Source: a virus. From it: DNA of 64,000 nucleotides. The translations under genes and the position numbers were made by a program. The stretch is taken from UHGV virus genome UHGV-0131811. One strand, given 5' to 3'. The notes under the pieces are model-generated. The model saw only the letters and a list, made by a program, of their open reading frames with translations. It ran no database searches and was not told the DNA's origin. Below are positions 19,393 through 29,682 of the stretch, piece after piece (positions within the stretch are counted from its first letter, which is position 1; each line of letters starts with the position of its first letter).

Positions 19393-21598
19393 CTTGCAGT
19401 GCAGATTTACCTACACCAATGCGACTGTTAAGGTAGTACATGGTTTTCATACCTACCGAGTTGGCATAAATCATGTACTTCAAAGCTTGAGCCAATGATA
19501 CCTTCTTAGCTTTTGCGTAGTCAACATAGAAATCTGAAGAGATAGCTTGACCAGTGAACTTTTGAACAATTGCATAACAATCAATCAGGTCAAAGGTGTC
19601 AATACCCCAAGCAATTTCATATACATACTTCAACTCTTCATAATCTGGAACAATAAACAGTACGTTACCAGTTGCAGACTTTTTAGTTAAAATAAAGTCA
19701 CGAATTGGATACAAGCCATTTGTCGTATTGGTTGCCAGTGAAGAACTCTCATTAGGCATGTAAGCTTCTAATACAGAGTTTCGGATTCCACCATTTTCTT
19801 TGATACGTTGTGCTAAGTCATCCCAATCATATCGTAGTTTTGCATCATGCTTTTCATCAATCTTCTTGTTAGCTGTCTTTGGAGGAACCCAGCCTTCAGG
19901 ATACTTAGTGAACTTCATGTACTCTGGCACGCCACGTTCTTTAGCAAGTCTCAGAGAGGCTTCATGCAGATAGTAAGAGTGCATCTCTGCCAGTTCATGA
20001 AGTTTCGTTTTACCTGCTCGTGAAGAGTAGTTCACGTAGTTCTTCGCAAGGTAATGAGCCACATTTGTAAGGCCAATCCCAACAGAACGACGCTTCTGAA
20101 CGTGGTTACGCATCGACGGATACGGATAATCCATAAGGTCAATAACGGAGTCAACCATTGCAAGAGCATAATAAGCAACGTCAGCGTATTCATCTTCTGA
20201 AATTCTCCCTGCAACCAAACTAGCTAGGAAGCAAAGAGCCACCTCACCATCCTCTTTCACAGCATCGTCTCTGTAAAGGTCTGTCTCTTTCTCAAAACCA
20301 TACACTGGCAACACAATTTCCATACAAAGATTTGACATCTTCAATGGTTCTTTAAATGGTGTATGTGTGTTCGCATTGTTAGTGAAGAATGGATACACAC
20401 GACCTGTAGCATAACGCTGTTGAATAAACAGCTTAGCAATTTCACGAGCCTTTACTCGTCTGTGCTTAACTCCTGAATGTACTGCGTGACCAACTGCCAT
20501 AGCAAACTCATCAGCAGATGCTGTGTAGAACATGTCATAGAGTTTTGGTGCATCTTTGTAAGAGAATAGTAACCAATCCGTATCATACTGAACACACTGC
20601 CAGAAATAATCGTTTGTGCCGAATGAGTAGTCCATCTCATTAATACGTTTAGAAGGAACCGTTGTAGGGTGCTTCAAACGCAGTAAGTCCTCAATCTGTG
20701 GGTCTAGAGCAGTGTAGAAGTTATTAGCTGAACCACCACGGCTCTTCTGTTTATTTGCCTCTACAGATGAACGTACAAGCTTGTAATAAGGTAGCTTACC
20801 CATGTGCTCAATCGTGTTTTGACGGATACCATCGCCAATAGTGCGAGTCTCCATCAGCATCCCGATACCAGCTTGCTTTGTAGTCATGTCATAAGCAACC
20901 TTTGCAGCAATACCGAGAGATTCGGCAGTATCATTTGCCTTAATCAAACAGCATGACGCATAGCCCGATTTAGTTGCTCTTAACCCATTCAGATAAGGCG
21001 TAGGAGCATTAATCTTAAGGTCAGATAGGTAAGTGTACAGTTTGATAACATCTTGCAGTCTACGGTGCTTTGGTTGCTTCTCAAAGGCTTTCATAGCCAT
21101 ACCCATAAACATAAATTGTGGTGACTCAAAAAGTCTTCCCGTTTTAATATCACGGATACCATACTTGTCTCTGAACTGTTTCAAGACTGCATAACCGTAA
21201 GAGATATCTTTTGAGTGCACAATGTACCCTTGCAGATATTCAAGCTCTTCCTGAGAATAGTCCATCTTCTCCCAAAGTCCTGCTCTCTCCATATTTTTAA
21301 CGAAGGTAACCAGCGTAGGAACCTTAGTAAAGCCTCCAAAGGCTTCTTTGTAGATAATACCCAAAAGCAGTCGTCCAGCCATATCTGAGTACTCTTGAGT
21401 TTGTTTATCAACACAAACATCAATCATGGCTTGGTGCATCTCTTTTGTAGTGCAACCCTCATAGACACGTTTCATAGCTTCCATAGTGACTTCTGACCAG
21501 ATAATTCCACGTTTATCTGCCCATGATGCCCACTTATTCAGTCTTTCTGGGTCAAAGCTTACTACTGTACCATTTGATTTTTTAATTGTCTTAATCAT
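19364..21598 (-). CDS. nrdA: ribonucleotide reductase large subunit (class I alpha)
   Basis: 744 aa; N-terminal ATP-cone; C-terminal Cys pair (CEGCGV). Confidence 0.9.
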   Translation of the reverse strand: MIKTIKKSNGTVVSFDPERLNKWASWADKRGIIWSEVTMEAMKRVYEGCTTKEMHQAMIDVCVDKQTQEYSDMAGRLLLGIIYKEAFGGFTKVPTLVTFVKNMERAGLWEKMDYSQEELEYLQGYIVHSKDISYGYAVLKQFRDKYGIRDIKTGRLFESPQFMFMGMAMKAFEKQPKHRRLQDVIKLYTYLSDLKINAPTPYLNGLRATKSGYASCCLIKANDTAESLGIAAKVAYDMTTKQAGIGMLMETRTIGDGIRQNTIEHMGKLPYYKLVRSSVEANKQKSRGGSANNFYTALDPQIEDLLRLKHPTTVPSKRINEMDYSFGTNDYFWQCVQYDTDWLLFSYKDAPKLYDMFYTASADEFAMAVGHAVHSGVKHRRVKAREIAKLFIQQRYATGRVYPFFTNNANTHTPFKEPLKMSNLCMEIVLPVYGFEKETDLYRDDAVKEDGEVALCFLASLVAGRISEDEYADVAYYALAMVDSVIDLMDYPYPSMRNHVQKRRSVGIGLTNVAHYLAKNYVNYSSRAGKTKLHELAEMHSYYLHEASLRLAKERGVPEYMKFTKYPEGWVPPKTANKKIDEKHDAKLRYDWDDLAQRIKENGGIRNSVLEAYMPNESSSLATNTTNGLYPIRDFILTKKSATGNVLFIVPDYEELKYVYEIAWGIDTFDLIDCYAIVQKFTGQAISSDFYVDYAKAKKVSLAQALKYMIYANSVGMKTMYYLNSRIGVGKSALQDAYCEGCGV

Positions 21599-21615
21599 TT
21601 TCGAATCCTACAGAT

Positions 21616-21640
21616 GAAAAGAGCCTCCGAAGAGGCTCCC
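21616..21640 (-). terminator. GC hairpin (GAGCCTC-CGAA-GAGGCTC) plus U-run upstream of nrdA
   Basis: 7-bp stem, tetraloop, UUUUC on minus strand. Confidence 0.45.
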
Positions 21641-21644
21641 TAGT

Positions 21645-21980
21645 TTAAATCTTGAAAATTTGCTCATTCTGCCACATATCGTAAAACTTATCACTTACTT
21701 TTGTGATAGACGAAGCGTGCATACAATTTAAGAGCCATGATGGAGTCTTGCTATCCATGATTATTTTGAGCTTTTGTGCGACGTTGCCATCCATATCTGA
21801 AACAACATAATTACCGCGTATTTTACATACAACTTTTCCAAACAAGATTGCACTTCTTCCTCTTCGGTCATCACAGTACATAACTGTGTCTCCGTGTTTA
21901 ACGTCCCGTCCGAGACTGTCAACACCTAATTTAGCACCAGAGATAATGGCATCGTAATCTAACTTCTTTGCTTTAAACAC
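21645..21980 (-). CDS. hypothetical protein
   Basis: 111 aa ORF. Confidence 0.45.
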   Translation of the reverse strand: MFKAKKLDYDAIISGAKLGVDSLGRDVKHGDTVMYCDDRRGRSAILFGKVVCKIRGNYVVSDMDGNVAQKLKIIMDSKTPSWLLNCMHASSITKVSDKFYDMWQNEQIFKI

Positions 21981-22305
21981 GGTATTTCTCCAAGTTTCTT
22001 TTTAGATATAACCAACCGTAGTCAGTCCTTTCTACACCCATAAAAAGTGGAGCCATCACAACTTTACCAAAAGTATTCCTGTGTTGGCAGATTTCAAAAG
22101 AATACTCTTTCTCAATGTCAATCCCGTATTTGTACAGGACTGCTTTTAAAACTTGTTCATTATCCAGAAGTGTATCTGGAGTCTCACCATACTTTTCAAG
22201 TAACGGGTCATTCATAAACACCGTCATAGAAATATTGTAGTTTGAGAAGTGGCTCTTCTGAGCCACACCCTCTTTATTAATGTTCTGTGAATCCATTATA
22301 ACCAA
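21973..22305 (-). CDS. hypothetical protein
   Basis: 110 aa ORF. Confidence 0.45.
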   Translation of the reverse strand: MVIMDSQNINKEGVAQKSHFSNYNISMTVFMNDPLLEKYGETPDTLLDNEQVLKAVLYKYGIDIEKEYSFEICQHRNTFGKVVMAPLFMGVERTDYGWLYLKRNLEKYRV

Positions 22306-23032
22306 CCCCTTTTAACCAGCACTTCAGGTTATTAGCATCATAATTCAGTTTCGGGTATGAGGTTACATGGAACTGCTCACCATCATAGTAGACAATATCT
22401 GCAATCCATAGTCCGTTCTCTTTACAGAAATCTTTATCTGCTTTAGAGGTAATTGGATTAACTTCTACAAAACCATCTACACCCAAATCCTTTAAGCTAC
22501 CTACAATACCTTTGCAGATAACGCATGTCTCAGATACTACCACAAAAAGTTCTTGGCTTTCAAGTTCTACAATGTATTCACCAAGCTGTACTTTTGGGAG
22601 ATTCGATTGCTTCATAATCTTCCCATCGGCTACACGAACAATTGCGTACCACTCTTTACCATCAACTACTGACATTCTGACAATACAATCTTGACCAGTA
22701 CGCTTCTCAATATCTGCAAGACGTTTTAAAGCTTCTTCATAATCGTCTGTGTATTTCAGGTCATTATTATGGCAAACAGCTTTCATAGCACCGTTATGGT
22801 CATGTTGTGACAGGTAAATCAAACCGTCAAGAACATATTGCAAATCTGCCTGAGCATCCAGTGTCTCAATGGGGTCTTTCTCTTCAATTGCTTTTACAAG
22901 CTCTTTTGCTTCTTCAAGCATACACAGAGCTTGAGATTTCAAAGACTCCCAATACTCATTACTGTATGGTTGTTTTTGAGTTTTTCCGCAACGAAGATTC
23001 CAGTTTTTTACTGATTCTCTTGAGTTAAACAT
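22277..23032 (-). CDS. putative MazG-like NTP pyrophosphohydrolase domain protein
   Basis: N-terminal helical region (EEAKELVKAIEE...LDAQADLQYVLDGLIYL) resembles the MazG/HisE acidic motif; C-terminal domain unknown. Confidence 0.35.
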   Translation of the reverse strand: MFNSRESVKNWNLRCGKTQKQPYSNEYWESLKSQALCMLEEAKELVKAIEEKDPIETLDAQADLQYVLDGLIYLSQHDHNGAMKAVCHNNDLKYTDDYEEALKRLADIEKRTGQDCIVRMSVVDGKEWYAIVRVADGKIMKQSNLPKVQLGEYIVELESQELFVVVSETCVICKGIVGSLKDLGVDGFVEVNPITSKADKDFCKENGLWIADIVYYDGEQFHVTSYPKLNYDANNLKCWLKGVGYNGFTEH

Positions 23033-23271
23033 TCGGACTCCTTAAAATATCTGTTAACCTTTAGCTCTCGTGTTTCAATATATTCCAGATGCTCACGTAG
23101 CTCTTGACGTTTAAGCATTAGGTGCTGCATTTGAGATTCAACAGCTTCAACTTCTCTAATTATTGACTCTCTGGCATTTGCAAGAATGCGCCCAAGTTCT
23201 TCAATCTTGCTGTCAACTTTTGCTACATGACTCACAGCTTTACTTTTGTTAAACATTTTATTCTCTCTCAA
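23008..23271 (-). CDS. hypothetical coiled-coil protein
   Basis: 87 aa, helical/charged. Confidence 0.4.
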   Translation of the reverse strand: MRENKMFNKSKAVSHVAKVDSKIEELGRILANARESIIREVEAVESQMQHLMLKRQELREHLEYIETRELKVNRYFKESECLTQENQ

Positions 23272-23277
23272 TAGTTA

Positions 23278-23775
23278 TCAAGCACAATTTGCTTTCATTA
23301 CCTTATGGATTCTTTTTTCAGCATCTTCATAAGTTTCTTTAGTAATAAACTTAATTGCTGCAATATTGGCATTGTAGAAGAGTCTGAGCTTAGAGTCAAT
23401 CCTTTTTGTCATTACATCGAATTTATGTTGAAGGTTTGCTTCACCATAAACTAGCCCACCTTTTGTGCAGTAGGTCTGGATAATGTAAAAGTCAAAAAAT
23501 TCTTTTCCAAAGCTCTCAATATCTTTTTTAATATACTCAGAAGAAGTCTCATAAGTCATCCAATCACTTTCCTTAGTGACTACCTTCTTCCGAGTCTTGC
23601 CAGCAACTTTTCTTTTGGTCACACTATTAAGTTGTTTCTTTCCGATATAATATTGTCCGGTTTTCTTACAGTGTACTAAATAGACAAAACCAAAATGTTT
23701 AGTGGGGTCAACTTCCCCACATAAAGACACCCAATGACCATAGGTAGGGCAATTGCCAAATCCTTTAATCTTCAT
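23278..23775 (-). CDS. GIY-YIG nuclease-like protein
   Basis: FGFVYLVHCKKTGQYYIGKK matches the GIY-(10-11)-YIG spacing. Confidence 0.5.
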   Translation of the reverse strand: MKIKGFGNCPTYGHWVSLCGEVDPTKHFGFVYLVHCKKTGQYYIGKKQLNSVTKRKVAGKTRKKVVTKESDWMTYETSSEYIKKDIESFGKEFFDFYIIQTYCTKGGLVYGEANLQHKFDVMTKRIDSKLRLFYNANIAAIKFITKETYEDAEKRIHKVMKANCA

Positions 23776-24296
23776 TCATAAGCTTCTCCGTGATTTGAAA
23801 ACTCTTTATGTAGTTCTTCTCTTTTCTTTGTGACTGCATCTTTGGCATCTTCAATACTGTCAAAATACCCCAGAAAGTGAGATACTCCGTGTGTCATAAC
23901 TCTGGCCTTCCATTTTTGGTTAGCCTTATAGAAAGATACACCCTTAACTCCAGATGTGTTGTTGGAGTGTGTTCTTCTATTCCAAGAGTTTTCAGCTTGT
24001 GTGCAAACCCTTAGATTTAATCTCCGATTATCATTAGTAATACCGTTGCGATGGTCTACTCTGTTAGGTAGGAAACCATCTGTGTACAGGATTGCTAAAT
24101 CATGAGCCATATAGGGTTTTCTTTTAATTTTTATCCTAATATAACCTCGCTTATGTGGTGTACCTGCAATGGAACCTATAACTGTTCTGTTAGCTGATTT
24201 CTTTATCCACGTAAAGACCCCTGTTTCGGGGTCATAGTGTAGATATTCTTTAAGTATCTGCTGAGTCAACATTTGGAGTCCAACCATACTTTTCAA
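23772..24296 (-). CDS. HNH homing endonuclease with AP2-type DNA-binding domain
   Basis: VDHRNGITNDNRRLNLRVCTQAEN (HNH_3-like) followed by an AP2-like region (GVSFYKANQKWKARV, GYFDSIEDA); paralog of 33836..34387. Confidence 0.65.
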   Translation of the reverse strand: MKSMVGLQMLTQQILKEYLHYDPETGVFTWIKKSANRTVIGSIAGTPHKRGYIRIKIKRKPYMAHDLAILYTDGFLPNRVDHRNGITNDNRRLNLRVCTQAENSWNRRTHSNNTSGVKGVSFYKANQKWKARVMTHGVSHFLGYFDSIEDAKDAVTKKREELHKEFSNHGEAYE

Positions 24297-25296
24297 ATGA
24301 AAAAATATCTGATTTATTTCGCTCTTGATAAGCTAGGAAGAAATGTTGTTCCATTAACTCTAATGGTGTTTTGGTAACAGTCTGTCCATCCCATGACACA
24401 TAGGTGTAAGACTCTTTTTTAGCATAAAGTTCATAGATAGCGTCAAGACACTCTTTGTAGGTCTCTTTACCCTCTAAAGCATTCATCACAGCTACTTTAC
24501 CAGCACCTTTTAGGCCGAAGTAGTTGTCTGCATTATCTCCAGCAACAGCCTGATAACACAAGAATTTAAAACCTACGCCAACTGTTTTTGCAGCTTTTGG
24601 TTTTGATTTGATAGGGCAATCCCAGATATCACCAACATTATTGTCAGCAATAAAAATTAGTGGTGACTTTTCATAAGTCATATCAATACAATAAGTTCCT
24701 TCAGCTTGTCGAAGGTCTTTGTCAATACTCATAAGAGCAGCTTTCTTACCCATCTTTTCAGCTTTAGCGATTACGATTGAATCGGCTTCGAAGCCCCCCT
24801 TTAAGAGCTTAAACTCTGGTCTTGACAGAAGGTATTCACGACAAGCAACTAAGTGTGTTGGTGTGACAGCATCTTTACGGTTGCCTTGATATTGGTGCTC
24901 AAGACCTTTAACGTCTTTATGTTTATGCACACCTTTCTCTGTTAAATAGCCTACCCAAGTTCTCTCTTTCCCAACAACCTTAAGCCATTCCTGAAGCACC
25001 TGTTGAGTAGCCATGATAGCTTCTTTTTCACTCTTAGCTTCTTTCCAAGTCTGTCTTTCCCATTCATCTTCATCAAATGTCAGGCCAAGCTCTTCCACAA
25101 GGATTCTCTGGTCTGCTAACCATCTTGCAGCATCTTTCGCATTATCAAATGGTTCAGATTCTTCTGCTGTGAGTTTATTAACGTATTTATACTTTGCTTT
25201 CTCAACTACACAAGCACCTTTATAGGCAATGCTGTCAGAGTCAATAAAGACATGTGTAACTGAATCGGGAAGCTTTGTTAATGTGTACTTCTCCAT
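24250..25296 (-). CDS. 5'-3' exonuclease / flap endonuclease (RNase H family)
   Basis: N-terminal acidic cluster (HVFIDSDSIAYK) and later helix-hairpin-helix-like glycine motif (LKGAGKVAV); replication-module context. Confidence 0.5.
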   Translation of the reverse strand: MEKYTLTKLPDSVTHVFIDSDSIAYKGACVVEKAKYKYVNKLTAEESEPFDNAKDAARWLADQRILVEELGLTFDEDEWERQTWKEAKSEKEAIMATQQVLQEWLKVVGKERTWVGYLTEKGVHKHKDVKGLEHQYQGNRKDAVTPTHLVACREYLLSRPEFKLLKGGFEADSIVIAKAEKMGKKAALMSIDKDLRQAEGTYCIDMTYEKSPLIFIADNNVGDIWDCPIKSKPKAAKTVGVGFKFLCYQAVAGDNADNYFGLKGAGKVAVMNALEGKETYKECLDAIYELYAKKESYTYVSWDGQTVTKTPLELMEQHFFLAYQERNKSDIFSFEKYGWTPNVDSADT

Positions 25297-25358
25297 TATG
25301 GCTCTCCATATGAAAAAGCCCCATACTAAGTACAGGGCTTTAAAGTAACTTTTAGAGA

Positions 25359-26216
25359 TTAGTCTTCTGTATCGAAGTCTTCATCTTCTTCGTCATCTGG
25401 GTCTGGCAAGTCTTCATCGTCACCATCATCAGAATCATTCGAAGATTTATGGTCTGTTGCGTCTTCTTCAGTGATTTCACCGTTATCTTCGACACCATCA
25501 AGACCAAGCATAGCCAGTTCATCTTCATCCAGTTCAGGTTCACCGTTAGCACCGTTACCACCAGTGTAAGGTACAAGAGTATCAATGATAAACTGTTCCT
25601 GAATAGGCTTTGTCAAGACATTGTTCTCAAAAGTGTAGAAGTGAGTAGAAAGAATCACACTACCAAAAGAACCGTTACCAACTGCAATATCTGGATGAAT
25701 TACATCATAGTTCTTATCATCTTCATGTTTGTCAGATGCTTGAGCTTTGATTTTCTTCATCGGCTGCTTAACAGCTACACGCTTACCATTTACTTCTTCA
25801 ATCAGCATTACAGGGAATGACTGTTTAGCTGTCCACACAGCACCATCCTTATAAGCTGCTGCACGACTTACTTTCAAGATGTAGTAAGTGTCTGCTTCAA
25901 AAGGTGGTTTGCAACCAAACTTCTCTTCGAAGTCGTCTGCATCAACTGCTTCAGTAGTAACTTTATCCCAACCTTCTGGGTTTTTCTTAGACTTAGTAAA
26001 CTCTTTAAACAGTTTGTTACCATCTTCTGCCAGAATTGAAACGCTGTAGTTACAATCTTTTCCTGGGAATTTCTTATCAATAGACTTACCTTTTCCCGGA
26101 CGTGGTGAAGTATTCAGGTAATAAAACCAGACATCTTTCAGCAGGTAACGCAGAGTTTGACGTTCAGTACCATTGTACTTCTCTACCGGAGCTTTCATTT
26201 TAACAACTTTAGACAT
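25359..26216 (-). CDS. single-stranded DNA-binding protein
   Basis: 285 aa with strongly acidic C-terminal tail ending DEDFDTED, beside the primase-helicase gene. Confidence 0.5.
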   Translation of the reverse strand: MSKVVKMKAPVEKYNGTERQTLRYLLKDVWFYYLNTSPRPGKGKSIDKKFPGKDCNYSVSILAEDGNKLFKEFTKSKKNPEGWDKVTTEAVDADDFEEKFGCKPPFEADTYYILKVSRAAAYKDGAVWTAKQSFPVMLIEEVNGKRVAVKQPMKKIKAQASDKHEDDKNYDVIHPDIAVGNGSFGSVILSTHFYTFENNVLTKPIQEQFIIDTLVPYTGGNGANGEPELDEDELAMLGLDGVEDNGEITEEDATDHKSSNDSDDGDDEDLPDPDDEEDEDFDTED

Positions 26217-26434
26217 TATTTAAACCTCTATCTCAATTTATGAAGAGTACCAATTCTAATTTGTTGATACTCTATTGTCAAACATTAATTACTGGAAGTT
26301 GTGCTTATCTTTAGAAGCTGCTTTACGTGCAGTTTTTCCAGTTCTTACACGTTTTTCTTCATAGTATTTTGCTGGTTTTCCAGCAGTGGCTTTTAAAGAG
26401 TCCCCAAAAACTTTTTCAAATGCTTTAGAGTGTT

Positions 26435-26728
26435 TCATGATATTCTCCGATATACTTGATATTCAAACACATTTTCTTTCATTATAAACAGCCAACCAAT
26501 ATTATGTTCAGGTATAGTAATAGTGACTGTGATAATACTGTGATGGAACTTTTCTTCTACCTCAACACCCCCATCACATTTCATGTAGAGCATTCTATAG
26601 AACCTATCAATCTTTGTCAAACACTCTTCCTGAAATTTATTTAAACTTTTTTCTTCAAAGAAGGGTGTGAACCCCTCTCTTTTATAACTATCACTCAGTT
26701 TCAAACGGGCAGTCATCTGCATCCTCAC
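26435..26728 (-). CDS. hypothetical protein
   Basis: 97 aa ORF. Confidence 0.4.
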   Translation of the reverse strand: MRMQMTARLKLSDSYKREGFTPFFEEKSLNKFQEECLTKIDRFYRMLYMKCDGGVEVEEKFHHSIITVTITIPEHNIGWLFIMKENVFEYQVYRRIS

Positions 26729-28682
26729 TTAATACAGGTGGAATCGTTGAGCTTTGACGTTGTTCTTCAGTATAGACTCCACCAGTCTCACGGTCAAACA
26801 CTTCATCCTCATAATGTGGCAAAGAGTCATCGTAATGGTCTTCAGCCTCACCAATACCAAACTGTTGACGGATATTTTCTGCTGCACCATCAATGTCAAC
26901 TCCACAACCAGATGCTTTAATGAGACGCCCTGTATCTGGATTGTACCAAGTATGACCAGCAATACCCGTTGACTTACCGTGACGACGACATTTAGTTAAC
27001 TTGATTTTTGTCAAGTTTTTCTTAACAGGGTCTGGGTCAACCTTGTTACGCATTAACAAAATATTATTCATGGAAATCTGGAAATACGCACCAGAACCCT
27101 TGATATCCTCTTCAGAGATATCCCCACCTTCAGAGTTAGCTTTCTGACCACCTGCACTCTTACGAACGTGACATACGTTTACCTGCGCATACTGGTAGCG
27201 TTTGCAACGACGCAATAGCTCAGACAAAACTTCCTCTTCATCCGTATCTGAACGTGACAGAGCTAACGTGATAGGGTCAAGAATAATAATCTTACAGTCT
27301 AAACTGTTAACAAGATAGTCAACAAATTCCAGCAGGTTATCTTGGTCAATTGCACCTTGATGGTCTACGATGTGGATACGACGACCTTTAGATAGCTCTG
27401 CATGTGCTTCCTTCAATTCATCCCAATCACGTTCGTCATAAGGAATCTCAGAAATCTGCTTGCTGAGGTGGATTGCACAGAGCATCTCCATCAACTCTTC
27501 ATAGGTATCTTCGACCGGAATTACACCAATATTGTAATCGGTATCTTTCCAAGCAGTATAAATCATTTCACGAGTGTATGCTGATTTACCCACTGAAGAT
27601 GGTGCTGCCAGAGTTGTAATCTCACCTAAACCATAACCGCCATAAGTCAGCCTGTTCAAATCTCCGAAAGATTCTGGGAAAGGAATCAATGGAATCTGAC
27701 CACGATTCTTCATTGCCTCAAAACCATCTGCGAAGTTCTTGATACCAGCAGGGCAGTAACGGGGCGCATTGTAGATACGCTGCTTAAACCCTTCAAGAAC
27801 TGTGTCTTTCTCTTTATAGAACTTTGTCCACCATTCGTTAAGGTCTTTTACACCTTCTGGATACTGGAATAAACGAACCTTCTCAATAGGTAGGATACCA
27901 GCAGCCTCTTTGGTAGCTTTAGCACCTGCTTCATCGTTATCAAAGCACAAGTAAATTTCATCAAATGATGTAATGTACTGATAGTTATCTTTGATAGACT
28001 TAATGTTTGCACCTGACGGAACAGATACGTGACAGTAATTCTTACGACGAGACTTATCTTTAATCGCCAAAGAAGTCATGTAGATTGCTGTCGCACATTC
28101 CATCTCACCTTCCCAGATGAATAGACGGTTACCACCTTCTGGAGCAATCCATGAGCCGAACATTGCCAGTTCACCTTTAATGTCTCCAACACCACCAGAA
28201 AAGTCTTTTAGCTTACCACGTAGGTGCTCTTTTGGATGGTCTTCTGGGTAACGGTGACGAACACGGTAGCCAACATGTTCTAGCTTACCATCTTCATTAC
28301 GTTTGTAAGTTGGATAGAAGTGCGCATCAATTTCACCGTCACTGTCAATGTCAACCTTGATACCTAAGCGTTCAAGGACTTTTGCAGGAATCTTCCTGTC
28401 TTTCAAGTCCATTGCTTCTAGGTTTTCTTTTACATCGTCTAAATCCATTCCACGGAAAGTACGGTTTTTATTGTCTGAACCAGTAGAATAAGTGCTCACG
28501 ATTTGTCCTTTATCAAAATCCCACTCTGGGAAACCTTTGTTACAACTAAAGCAAGTCATCGAATAAGAATCATCGTCATGATGATAGATTGAACCAGCAT
28601 CTGATGAACCACAACGTGGACATGCACAATGACCAATAAACTGACCAGCCTCTTTCAATTTACGACCTTTAGACATTAGCAC
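26691..28682 (-). CDS. bifunctional DNA primase-helicase (T7 gp4-like)
   Basis: N-terminal Zn-ribbon (CACPRCG...CFSCNKG), TOPRIM acidic motif (FDNDEAG), Walker A (APSSVGKS) of a DnaB-family helicase. Confidence 0.85.
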   Translation of the reverse strand: MLMSKGRKLKEAGQFIGHCACPRCGSSDAGSIYHHDDDSYSMTCFSCNKGFPEWDFDKGQIVSTYSTGSDNKNRTFRGMDLDDVKENLEAMDLKDRKIPAKVLERLGIKVDIDSDGEIDAHFYPTYKRNEDGKLEHVGYRVRHRYPEDHPKEHLRGKLKDFSGGVGDIKGELAMFGSWIAPEGGNRLFIWEGEMECATAIYMTSLAIKDKSRRKNYCHVSVPSGANIKSIKDNYQYITSFDEIYLCFDNDEAGAKATKEAAGILPIEKVRLFQYPEGVKDLNEWWTKFYKEKDTVLEGFKQRIYNAPRYCPAGIKNFADGFEAMKNRGQIPLIPFPESFGDLNRLTYGGYGLGEITTLAAPSSVGKSAYTREMIYTAWKDTDYNIGVIPVEDTYEELMEMLCAIHLSKQISEIPYDERDWDELKEAHAELSKGRRIHIVDHQGAIDQDNLLEFVDYLVNSLDCKIIILDPITLALSRSDTDEEEVLSELLRRCKRYQYAQVNVCHVRKSAGGQKANSEGGDISEEDIKGSGAYFQISMNNILLMRNKVDPDPVKKNLTKIKLTKCRRHGKSTGIAGHTWYNPDTGRLIKASGCGVDIDGAAENIRQQFGIGEAEDHYDDSLPHYEDEVFDRETGGVYTEEQRQSSTIPPVLSEDADDCPFETE

Positions 28683-28869
28683 CTCTTCGTTGTAGTTCTG
28701 CCTTCAATCCATTTTCAATCTTGTCCAGTTCATGAATTTCATCTGCAATCTCTTTCCTTCGTGATTCAACTCTCTTAAGACGTTCAATCATTACCTCATT
28801 GGAAAGAGATGAGAGTTCCACTAAACGGTGGTCAATAACTTTAAAATTGTCTTTTACTCTCATCTTCAT
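28669..28869 (-). CDS. hypothetical protein
   Basis: 66 aa charged helical ORF. Confidence 0.4.
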   Translation of the reverse strand: MKMRVKDNFKVIDHRLVELSSLSNEVMIERLKRVESRRKEIADEIHELDKIENGLKAELQRRGANV

Positions 28870-28877
28870 TCTCTCTT

Positions 28878-29621
28878 TTAAACTTTAATGATGGCTCTTA
28901 GCTTGTTCTCAAGGTCTGCAAGAGTACCATTATTATGAATAATGTCACGCTCATATTTTGTAGAAATCCCATTTTCTGAAACATGTGATGAAACTTTGTC
29001 CACATTGTCTCTTTTTACTTCAATAGTTTGGTGTGCAAATCTACTCAGCCATTCAGCTTCAGAGTCAAATCTTAAATCACTGATTAAGACAAAACCATAT
29101 TGATTTCTAAGTGAGCACATTTCATGGAATCTAACCATTCTTTTTTCAAGGTCTTTAGACCAGAACTTGTCGCCCATTACTTTACGGACAACTTCAGTAC
29201 CCCAAATCTGTTGAATTTGTCTTGATGAGAATTTATACTTTTTACTAAATCCCAGACGTGTTAATAGGGTAGGTTTAGCAACCTTCTTAAGCTCCATGAT
29301 TAATCGTCCGGTTAACTCTGACATAAGCTTGAAGTCCATATGGTAACGTTCATCTCTGAAGGTGAACTCCATAGCTTCCGTAACTTTAAACATCAGTTCA
29401 GGATATGATAAGTCAAAAACCTGTGGAGTCTCTTTAGTTTCACCGTACAGGTCATTCCAAGTCAAGTCAAATATCTTTGATGCAGATAGTTTAAGGTTGT
29501 CTGCAAAGGCCATTACTTCAACATTGTAGCCATACTCATCCTCTAAAATGTTCTTCACAATAGAACATGAGGTGTCTTTTCCAGAACGTGCCTTTCCAGT
29601 AAAGGCGATAATATTACTCAT
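28878..29621 (-). CDS. deoxynucleoside monophosphate kinase
   Basis: P-loop FTGKARSGKDT close to that of T4 gp1 dNMP kinase. Confidence 0.7.
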   Translation of the reverse strand: MSNIIAFTGKARSGKDTSCSIVKNILEDEYGYNVEVMAFADNLKLSASKIFDLTWNDLYGETKETPQVFDLSYPELMFKVTEAMEFTFRDERYHMDFKLMSELTGRLIMELKKVAKPTLLTRLGFSKKYKFSSRQIQQIWGTEVVRKVMGDKFWSKDLEKRMVRFHEMCSLRNQYGFVLISDLRFDSEAEWLSRFAHQTIEVKRDNVDKVSSHVSENGISTKYERDIIHNNGTLADLENKLRAIIKV

Positions 29622-29682
29622 TTTATCTCCATTAATTACTAAAAAGCCCCCAACTAAGGAGGCTTGTAAGATTTATAAAGAC

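Noticed and set aside
25315-25341. Terminator hairpin between the SSB and exonuclease genes
   Set aside because: The stem AAAGCCC/GGGCTTT encloses a 13-nt loop with only a weak U-run.
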